Shown: piece by piece, positions 1 through 10,092 of the stretch | Layout of the letters: every line of letters starts with the position of its first letter | Numbering within the stretch: position 1 is the stretch's first letter | DNA from: Ginkgo biloba | Lineage: Eukaryota; Plantae; Ginkgophyta | Direction: 5' to 3' | Length of the DNA stretch: 18,134 bases | Assembly: GCA_024626585.2 (NCBI GenBank) | Contig: JANKJI020000004.1 | Coordinates: forward strand, 163,407,205 to 163,425,338 | Notes under the pieces: generated by a model | What the model was told of the DNA's origin: nothing | Databases searched by the model: none | What the model saw: the letters and a program-made list of their open reading frames with translations, nothing else | Program-made: the position numbers and the translations under genes

Positions 1-1632
1 ATCAACAAAGGGTGGATTGAAACAAGGCAACCTTGCACACTCTCTTCCTTCAAAAGCGATGACCCTATGGAAATTGGGCTCACAAATCATGATTATCCTA
101 ACGTTGAGATTGTAGCAAATGGACACCAAGATAAGACATACGCGACTTGAACCTATCGGCTGCACTCTCGCACTCCCACCGGCAATGCTTTAGTTGAGCA
201 AAAATCATTTCACACCAAAGTCAGCATATACACACGCGTACATGCGCACACACAGATATCATGCAAGGATGTTATGGCCTTTGATCTTGATATCTGCAAA
301 TTACCATCATTACTCAAACACACACAAGATCAATGCAAAAAAATACCTATATTACAAGGGCTAACCAAGGTATGATGAACAGGCAATAGACCATATGAAG
401 CATGGATTAGAAGGGGCTGATATGCTAGATGGTCACTCAACAGCTTGCTAGGAGCACCATACTCAATAACTGTATCACGCATCCCACACACCATCTATTA
501 GGTGCTCCCACACACTTAGTGCAAGTATTCCTATCCATGGAAATATGCATCGTGAATGTTCGTGGCACTACTCATCATGAACTCAACAAGCTAAGGAAGT
601 ACGCATTGTAGCCTCACTAATCGAATGACACGTCACAGTGGTCCAAGTTATGGAAATATGCATTGTACCATAATCACAACATAAAATTATTACAGCTCAA
701 TTATTACAAAGGTTGTCTATTTGAGGGAATCCAAGAGCAATAACACATATCATAATGTTGGAGCCACACCGCCACCATCACCCCACCCATGACCATCTCC
801 CCAGCCATCATTGTGCAGAGGTTTGCAATACGAGATGGCAAGATGGAGAGTAGGAACAACTTTCTAACTACCCCCAATTTTCCCCCCAAAGTGGGGAGGC
901 CAAAGGGAGTTCACAACATTTGTTGACCTAGAGTGTGTGTGCTATGTATTATAGAGAAATGGGATCCTTAGCTCCTATTATATCTACAATCCTTATGATA
1001 GGGGGAGGGGAGGATCAAGGGTAATATGATTGGTAGCGAATGGGATAAACCCCCAATGATCAATAAGATCCAAAAGGTGTTGCGTCTCTAACTAAACTTT
1101 CTCTACCTAGACTTTGATTTGCATAGTATAATTGAAAAGGATACATGATATAATATCATTAGAAATATAATTGCTCATCTTAACATTAAAAATAGCCTNN
1201 NNNNNNNNNNNNNNNNNNNNNNNNNNNNNNNNNNNNNNNNNNNNNNNNNNNNNNNNNNNNNNNNNNNNNNNNNNNNNNNNNNNNNNNNNNNNNNNNNNCA
1301 CTAACGGTTTCATGTATGCATTGGAAGTTTTGTTTCCCACATTAGCTAAAACCCATCAGGCGATCCCCGTGGCCAACAAAGGGTGGTTGAAGTCCCTCCT
1401 CCAACTCAACCCTGATCTAAAATCCCTTTATTGATAACTAGTAAATAAGTGCATTTTACCAATAGTGCCTATAAATTAACAAGTTTAAATATTTGTTGTG
1501 TATGGGCTTTTACTACATTACTTGTTTATGGTTATTTTTCATTTTTGAACGCATTATTAAAGTTGCCTCACTCTCTTATGTATTTCTGAGTGTACTTGTT
1601 TTGTAGGCTTGAGTAAGGGTGGATCATTACAC

Positions 1633-2628
1633 TATCTATCTGTCTATCTATAAATAGATAGAAAGAGAGACAAAGGGAAGAGGCAGAGAAAGTGACAGAA
1701 ATCATATTAATGTCCATGAATGATCAAAGTTGGTCAATGGGACTAGAAATACATGTTTAATATCCTAAGGGAGTGTGTAACGCACTCCAACTTACCTAGA
1801 TAAAACAAATAAAGAAACACAAGTTCATAAAATAGCCTCAACTAGAAATAAAATATGTGGGAAACAACTCGATGACAAGTGGTACAAAGCGAACATGGGG
1901 TGCAATTTCCAACAACAAAAGTTACTAGAAAATGTTAATGAATCTCAACAAGGGATCATGAGATCACAAGCTACCATCTCTATCGACAACTATACACTTC
2001 CCAAGAACTTATTTAAGAATGCCATTTGATGATAGATCTATTGCTATAGGCCACTACTGGGAGGATCTAGGGGGCATCCTAGTAACTAAAGAAGACGCAC
2101 AAGAAGAGATATATTCCTTCACATCCAAGGCCTGAGGACCTCCTCATAGAAATCAGAAAATGGATAATACTACATGGCTAGACGTTGTCAATCTAGAAGT
2201 GCTTTAGTGACTGGTAACTGAGGAAGATGGAGAGGTCGAGAACCTCCTCATAAAAATCTAAAAACGTGTAATACTACCATGTCTAGAGGCTATTGATCTA
2301 GAAGTAATTTGGGAGGTCCTGGTAAAATGCTAGACCTATTGCTAAGGGGTTCTAGATGAGGAGCAATTTCTCATGGATCTATGAGTAGAGCTAGAGACAT
2401 CAACTCAATCTGGAGGCTACTTTCGACCTGCACCCTTGGCAATAGGTTGGAAGAAGGAAGGATGTATCTATTTGGCTTCTAGCCATCCCTCAAAAACGGT
2501 CATCTAAGGGTAAGATGCTCACTCATGAAAAGCACCAAACATCTTTGATCCTCGCATCTAAAGAAGGTGGACAAAGACCCCTCTAAGCTTTGGAATAAGC
2601 AATCATCTCTCCCTCTAATCTCATAATA
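1633..2628 (-). mobile_element. Minus-strand 3' fragment of the same LINE family
   Basis: 2628-2500 reads YYEIRGRDDCLFQSLEGSLSTFFRCEDQRCLVLFM, homologous to FYELKGRYHCLFRDIEGSLAAF. Shared terminal motif at 1704-1750, followed by a degenerate TC/TCTA-rich tail at 1633-1703. Confidence 0.75.
2138..2310. repeat. About 105 bp period imperfect duplication inside the LINE 3' region
   Basis: acctcctcatagaaatcagaaaa...taatactac...tctagaagt is repeated as acctcctcataaaaatctaaaaa...taatactac...tctagaagt. Confidence 0.7.
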
Positions 2629-3197
2629 NNNNNNNNNNNNNNNNNNNNNNNNNNNNNNNNNNNNNNNNNNNNNNNNNNNNNNNNNNNNNNNNNNNNNNNN
2701 NNNNNNNNNNNNNNNNNNNNNNNNNNNNGCCAACAATGCAATAAATTCGCCTTTTGGCACCCATCATGTAATTCTTTTATCATAATTAATAAAATGAGCC
2801 ACCTAATTATGTTTGTGTGTAGGTCATCGTTATCTCTGGCAACTTCCAACAAGGTATTCCAAGTCCTTTTTACACTCCACCTCATCCAAATCGACTTTGG
2901 CACCCTTTTTTCTGCCTTCAAAACCTTGCAAATCTTCAACGCAACCTAATTGTGGCGCTAATCAACAATGTAACACTGATTAGTGCACTTACAAGCGGCA
3001 TAGGCACGAATCAGCGACGTCCCTCTACAACTGCGTGCAAATCAACAGTGGGCATAAATTCTAGTGGAAAAAAAATAATGAAGTAAAATTTATATAGTTA
3101 GGACCGTTCCCAATGCGTTTTGGGTCAATCCTAACTTCTCTAACCCTAGAAATTTGATTGGATCAAAGTGTGAGGTGTTTTCCATCCTATAGGTCAA

Positions 3198-5129
3198 TGT
3201 ATAGGATTGTACCATACCTAAATCCGATAAATAGGGCCTAAATTGAGTCACAAAAGGGGGGGATTGAAAAGAGTAATGTCATGTTGTCGGTTTGGCTTCC
3301 TAATAGGTATATCTCACCTGTCATAGCCTCCATTGCTATCCTTTCTTTCCATACTTCCATGCTCTTGCACCTTTAAGGCAATTATAGACTTGGTAATAAA
3401 ATCTCTCCATTTTCATAGGTCAGAATCCCATCACAGCTTACCATTCCACTATAAGAGCCATTCTACCTTCTCATAGCCCTTCTACTGCAGAGGAATAATT
3501 GGGACGAGGTGCGAAAGATGTTGGAAGCTTCAAGGAGTAGAGATCGACACAATAGGATCAAGTGGCTTGCCATTCTTGAACGTCACTTGTAGGTTGGAGT
3601 TACATTACCTCCTTTTGTTTCCATTTTATTTCAAATTTAAAAAGAGAAAAGAAATCTGATTTAGTCTTTTAATTAAATCACCAAAGAAAAAGCGTTAAGG
3701 AATTAAGAATTCTTTTCTCTTATCTCTAGTCAATCATGACCCTATCTACCTATAGCAGTTGTGGGATATTGATCTACCGCCAACCCTGTGAGATCAGATC
3801 TAATTCCCTATATAAATTAGATCTGAAATCTGATAAAGGTCCTTTTGGACCTCTGGCCATATTTCATAATGCGGATCTTAACCACCGATTTGAGTCGCAT
3901 CAAGTGCGAATCCCCTCTAACCGAAGTAAGGCGACTCTCAATTGCTAGTCTAAGCATCCATCATTCCAAAGAGGATCTTCCTCACATTGGGAGGATCTTC
4001 TTTCCTATTTCATANNNNNNNNNNNNNNNNNNNNNNNNNNNNNNNNNNNNNNNNNNNNNNNNNNNNNNNNNNNNTAGGAAACATAAAGCTCACTCACTTG
4101 CATTTCACCCATGCACTTGGATCGGGTTTTCGATCTCATCTAGATCCACTTTTGAAGATCCAATCTGCTACGCTCGTTTGAGGCTTTCGTAGCCTTTCGA
4201 GCCCCTTCAGTAGGGCTTTATTCTACAAATCCCTCTCTTTAGAAAGACCTCTTCTCTACCTCTTTATTGAATAAAGAAGGAACCTATTCCTGCATTCATC
4301 TTGCATACATTAAATTGGTAAAGTAAAAGGAGTGGGACCTTGNNNNNNNNNNTCTTTACATTATGCATATTGCTGAGGGTTCAGGTGCATCTTTTAGTTG
4401 ATCAATATCTTTCTTAAGCTTCCTACATAGGCACACACACACTTAAACACGCACTTATCACAGCACAGGTGCGTTAAGGGGAAGCCCTAAGCCTCCTACC
4501 AAGGTTGCATAAGCCCAAGAATGAGTACCTCAAAAATGGACTTGATTTGGAGAATTTTGACATTCAGATGAAGACTATAGAGCCTATTCAGCATTNNNNN
4601 NNNNNNNNNNNNNNNNNNNNNNNNNNNNNNNNNNNNNNNNNNNNNNNNNNNNNNNNNNNNNNNNNNNNNNNNNNNATAATCTTTGTTTTAGGGTTGAGTT
4701 CCTTATTTGCCATTAGTATATTGCATGCTAAAGGGAGAAATTTGGATTTTAGCTAGGACAAAGAGAGTTTTAAGAATGTGATTGTACTACACAGTTTCAT
4801 GGTGGTTAAACAAGTGATCTAGAACAGTGTTTGGTTCCATGATATTTTTTTCTTCTTCTTCCATCAATTGAATGCTTGAGAATATAAAGTATTATCAACT
4901 AAACTTAATTTTGTGTTATTCCTTGAGCTTTGAAATTAGTAGTGCGTTTGGATTCAAATCTATATTTTGAGAGTCCTTTCGATTAATTTGTTTATTTCAA
5001 AAAGCTTGAGAAATGCCCAGTGAAAAACAACTTTGTTTTCTTTGAAAGCTCTAGGTTGTTTAACACTGTGTATAGGTTTGTAACATACCTAAACCCTATA
5101 AATAGGGCCTAAATTGAGTCACAAAAGGG
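3198..5129 (+). repeat. About 60 bp direct repeat (3198-3259 and about 5068-5129) ending in a PPT-like purine tract; probable LTR-retrotransposon remnant
   Basis: gtataggattgtaccatacctaaatccgataaatagggcctaaattgagtcacaaaaggg versus gtataggtttgtaacatacctaaaccctataaatagggcctaaattgagtcacaaaaggg. The first copy continues ggggattgaaaa. Confidence 0.6.
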
Positions 5130-5229
5130 NNNNNNNNNNNNNNNNNNNNNNNNNNNNNNNNNNNNNNNNNNNNNNNNNNNNNNNNNNNNNNNNNNNNNNN
5201 NNNNNNNNNNNNNNNNNNNNNNNNNNNNN

Positions 5230-5420
5230 TCACTAAGATCCCGTGAGGGCAAGGTGAGAGCATATGGTGGGTAGTTATAGTAGGCCACTAAATTTGATGC
5301 TACTACAACCTTAGAAAGCACTCTGATACCATTTGTAACAAACTATTATACCGATAAGGTATACAAGAGAAAGAATACAGATAAGGATTCATAACAAAAA
5401 TGCATTACAATATGAAGAAT
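5230..5420 (-). mobile_element. LTR 3' end with tRNA-iMet primer binding site and start of internal leader
   Basis: The minus strand reads ...tgttaCA aa TGGTATCAGAG tgc. PBS at 5321-5331; the LTR-terminal CA corresponds to plus-strand TG at 5334-5335. Confidence 0.7.
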
Positions 5421-6330
5421 AATACATTGGGATTCATATCATCATGTAGCACTTGTTCTCGAGGCAAGTTACTGTCCTGATTACCATCTTCGTCATTGCT
5501 TTCTTCATTTTCTCTACGTTCTTCTTCATCCTCAATTTCGTAACTAAATAGTTTGTTTATTAAAAGACATGCATGCCCCAAATGCCACTTACTATTGCAT
5601 TGTCAACATGTCTCTTTAACTCGATGCTCTTCTATTTATTTGCTAGCAATCTTCTATAGAAATAATTGTTAATTCCTCATGTGTTTCGTTTAGCTCACGA
5701 AGTGGGGTGTGTTGACGAATATCCTGTTAATCAGTACGATTTTCTATTGGTGGGGGTATAACATCTTCTTGGCCATGCAGATGCTACGGATCTACAATTA
5801 TCTTTGGCCTCAATTTGATATGTCCATTGCATCCATTATATTTTCTAGGTCAAACATTTTAAGCTCATGTCTCAAATTATCTCTTAATTCTCCAATGAAT
5901 AGTTCCAATAAATGTTTTTGACTAACAACTTTTATGCAAGTTTATATGGATTCATATTTAATCATATGATTGGCCATTGATCCTCCTTGTTGTAATTTCG
6001 CTAATTGATTAAAAAAATCATTATCCCCATCCTCTAAAATTATTTAACGAAGTCATCTTTTAATGAATTCCATATCAAAATAATGACATTGGATTCTTCG
6101 AAACACCATGAGAACCAATAATATGCCCTTCCTTCTAAATGAAGCAATGCCCGGGTGATAGGTTTCTACTTGTCTTGTGGTTTGATTCAAAAAGAGGCTT
6201 TGAGCTTGTTTCTCCATCTACATGGGTCTTCTTTTTTACTTTCATTGGTAAGCTTTGGTGAATTTATCTTGTTCCAAAACCTATTTTGTGTTGGATTTTG
6301 TAGGGTGTTCATGAGTGCATTGTTAAAGTT
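5420..6330 (-). mobile_element. Decayed Ty3/gypsy gag
   Basis: Reads, with stops and frameshifts, KINSPKL...EDPCRW...ALLHLEGRAYYWF...WNSLKDDF...FFNQLAKLQQGGSM...LLELFIGELRDNLRHELKMFD...C*QCNSKWHLGHAC...EIEDEEE. This is a Retrotrans_gag pattern plus a zinc knuckle and an acidic linker. Confidence 0.8.
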
Positions 6331-7452
6331 TTTTGGCATGGAGAGAGACTATGTGAATCATTGAACAATGAACATAAACGCAACAATAAATCAAATTTTA
6401 ATTCAAGATGAAACAACAATGTTTATTCATCTACAAACATGAAATATCAATGAACAAAACATANNNNNNNNNNNNNNNNNNNNNNNNNNNNNNNNNNNNN
6501 NNNNNNNNNNNNNNNNNNNNNNNNNNNNNNNNNNNNNNNNNNNNNNNNNNNNNNNNNNNNNNNAGGTCCAATTCTACCTGTCAACAGAGACAATCATAAA
6601 TGTTGCTGACAGAAGTAGAATTTTAGCCTTAAATGCCATCTGTTCTGCTATTCAGATCTGTCACACACCTTATAAAAATGGATAAATATTAGGGTTTGTT
6701 TCTAGGATTCCCTGAATACATAATTGACTGATTTCTGAAATTAATATGTACCAATATGAAATGTTATATCAGATCTGTACCCGCATACACAGCGGTGGTG
6801 TAATACATATGGAAATGCTGTGTCTAATGGCTCCAAATGGGGCTGAAGTCCGCATGCCAGCGTTCACTGTGATAATAAGTCCTGACTGCATACATGAGGG
6901 AGTATTGTTTTACTCTATTGAATGCTGATATACATAATTGAATACTACTTACTATAAATGGCCGATTTCTGCTATCATATATAGACAAGTATTCATATAC
7001 ATAGTTGAATAATGCTACATATGGCTGGATCTTGTTGTTTGAGTGTGTGATAAGAACACGAGTTACAGTCCTAGGTGAAGATCATAGGATCACGTGATAT
7101 ATTGCATGATATGACAATTGCCTTGTATGGATTTCTTGAGATTTATGCTCTACAATAAAAAGATCTTAAGATAATGTAAGAGCAGGGAGGATATGGACAA
7201 AAGCCTCGCATGTTGTTTCTGTAATAAGACCCTGGGGGAGGTAGTAGCTATGCCAAAAGACCCAGTGGCTGACAATATCTTGGTATCATTGTTGGACCAA
7301 TTCCTTGGCTAGAGAGGATCCCATAAACACCAATGTCCTTTGGCTGGATAAGTCGTAAAGTTAAACATGTACGACCAAATGTCTACACTGATGAGGCAAT
7401 GAAACCATGTAAGGCCAAAAGTCCTGCAAGTGAGATAGTGATGGAAAATCAT

Positions 7453-7555
7453 AGCCTCAGTACAGAGTCCAGATAAGTCTATGTACGTCAGCCTCGATAT
7501 AGATCCCAGATAAGTCTATGTACCTCAGCCCCGATATAGAGCCTGGATAAATCTA
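7453..7555. repeat. 37 bp tandem repeat, about 2.7 copies
   Basis: Unit agataagtctatgtacgtcagcctcgatatagatccc starts at 7471, 7508 and (partial) 7545. Confidence 0.85.
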
Positions 7556-8003
7556 ATATGAGGGGTGCACCATTGTAATGTTGATGATTACAGAGATGGA
7601 TTGCATGTAAAGACTTCAGTTGCTTTGATGCTTCTGTACATTTGCCACCATAGTGTATCAGCCGGTGCACTGATAAGGTTTTGTGAGGGCAAATGGCCTT
7701 TGAGCTGACATAGTAATGTTGCAGCTTTGTAGGGGTAACACCTTGTGTACACGCCCTAGGGTGCATGGTGAAGAAGATGTTCAATTCCCTAATGCTAACC
7801 AGTCTTGTCTNNNNNNNNNNNNNNNNNNNNNNNNNNNNNNNNNNNNTTTGTTTTGTGGAGTATTGTCCATGCAGGTCTCTACAGGTGGCAGTAGGGACCT
7901 ATAACAAATTCCTTTAATTCTATACCATAGTCTAAAACAGTTTAAGATGTAGTACCCATCCAAAAAAACACATCAAATAAGATAAAGGTTGTAATATGCC
8001 CAC

Positions 8004-8072
8004 TTGAAAATCAGATCTTTATCCAGAAATCTCTGAGCCACAGTTCCAGACAACATGTTATTCTGCACATAC
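8004..8072 (-). CDS. RLK LRR exon 4 (last LRR and start of juxtamembrane region)
   Basis: 69 nt, tcag|...AA|gtgggc; reads YVQNNMLSGTVAQRFLDKDLIF(N/K). Confidence 0.9.
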
Positions 8073-9894
8073 CTGACATATCAAGAACAAAAACATCCCT
8101 CTGTCAACCAACAAAATTAAGTATATTCAGCCTGAATGTAAAGCCCACATGAACTTTATCCATCTGCTGAAAAATAAACCAAGACAGAAACTAAAGTGGG
8201 TTGAGCAATGCAATATCTATCGTGTGCAGGTTCTAAATAAAAAAATAAGGGGAGCAAAGGACATCTTTCTTAAACAAAGAGTTTGTGAATGCAATACTCT
8301 TAAAAGCTGTAACAAATGTAATGGCCAATATTTTAATTGGTCGTACAATGCAAATAATGTGACACCAGGATTTAATATGAGGCTTTGAAATCCAGAACTC
8401 ACAGTTGTTTCAGGTTTGGCAAATTGGCCAAAGATATTGGGATGGAGCCACTCAACTGGTTATATTCCAGATGCCTACAATGAGCAAGCCATATATTAAT
8501 ATTCATACATAAAGAAAGAAAAATATGGCAAACAATTTCACCTCAGGCGTCTAACTAGGACTCACAATGTCTTCAAGTTAACTAATGTCCCAAAATCAGG
8601 TAATGAACCATTCAGAGAGTTGTGATCAAGCCACCTGCACAGGGTATAACGCACTCAAAATCAAAGGAACAATGCATACAGCAGAAGCATACAAGGATGT
8701 CCTACCCCATACAAACCAGAACATTGCAGTGTACTTACAAGTCAGTCAAGCCTGTCAGATTTAATATTTGAAGTGGTATACGCCCTGTCAGATTCTTTGC
8801 TGACAAGATACTGCATAGAAAGTTACATCCTAATGGTTAAGATCTTGTCAAAGTGGGCTCATATTCTTTGACCATTTGCATTGTTTATCCAAGGAGCGAA
8901 CACAATAATATTAAGAATCTGTAAGATACTGGAATTGTTAGTAACTGTGATTAAAATAAAATGCAGAAAAAGAAGTAAAAGATGCCANNNNNNNNNNCTT
9001 CAAGCAACTAATATTTCATAGAAAATACACACACACACACACACAGTTTAAAAATTAGGAACGTCCAGACTTAGAAGACTATGTACATTCCAGTGACCCT
9101 TGGTTCTGCATCCAAACTACAGTGCACCCATGTCCATGGAACTGGCAGACAAGGATCGCCCCCTTCACGAGCCCAATCAGCTGAGGAATATAATGTAATC
9201 AAACTAGTGAGTGCTGCAGCTGCAAAACCCAACCAAGGGCGAATCCTCAGCTCCCAAAGCTGTGGCATGAACCCCCAAATAATACATGAAACCAGAAGCA
9301 TGCTAATAAATGAATGTGATGAGGAATAAGAAGAGCACCCACCATCTTCAGTGCCATAATTAATCTCTACGTACTTATTTATCTCCATTGCATTCAAGAT
9401 CGGACCCCGAGATGAGTCTGATGTTTTCACAAATTTAAATGATACTACAAATGGAAGTGATACATTGGTATACCCTGGCTCATATAATTTGTAGCTACCT
9501 TGAGCATTCTCTTGCACATTTATGATCAAATTATTGTAATCTGGCACATTTGGGAGGACAAAACTAAATTTCCGGGTTTCCATTGGATCAAGATCCTGAA
9601 TCTCAGCAAAGTAAGAGAAAGCCCAACCAAATCCAGGAAAGCCATCTAAATTTGTCCGATATGCCAGAGTCCCATTTTCACCTACAACAGCTGTTTGCAT
9701 CACCTTTTCTGGTGGCCGCTCATCCCTGCCAGTATCAATAGGTCGTCTTGTGTGAATTTTGGAAGTGCCAGAGGCCATATCAACAAGAAAATTTGCCCTT
9801 TTAACAGCATCAGATTCCCATATCCGGTCATATGGGTCATCTGGAAACCTGTCATTACACAATGAGCCTTGTTAAATAATGTTCTACGATCACA

Positions 9895-9951
<57 letters not shown>

Positions 9952-10051
9952 NNNNNNNNNNNNNNNNNNNNNNNNNNNNNNNNNNNNNNNNNNNNNNNNN
10001 NNNNNNNNNNNNNNNNNNNNNNNNNNNNNNNNNNNNNNNNNNNNNNNNNNN

Positions 10052-10092
<41 letters not shown>

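Noticed and set aside
48-150. DDPMEIG peptide resembling a gypsy gag motif
   Set aside because: No adjacent zinc knuckle or extended homology.
1633-1750. Mini-Helitron reading (TCTATC start, hairpin, GGGACTAG end)
   Set aside because: The same motif sits at the 3' end of LINE ORF fragments on the opposite strand, and the other three copies lack CTAG.
7453-7555. 37 bp repeats as a CRISPR array
   Set aside because: The units are contiguous with no unique spacers, there are no cas genes, and the context is eukaryotic.
9081-9329. Antisense ORFs over RLK exons (also 14993-15217)
   Set aside because: Shadow frames with no independent coding evidence.
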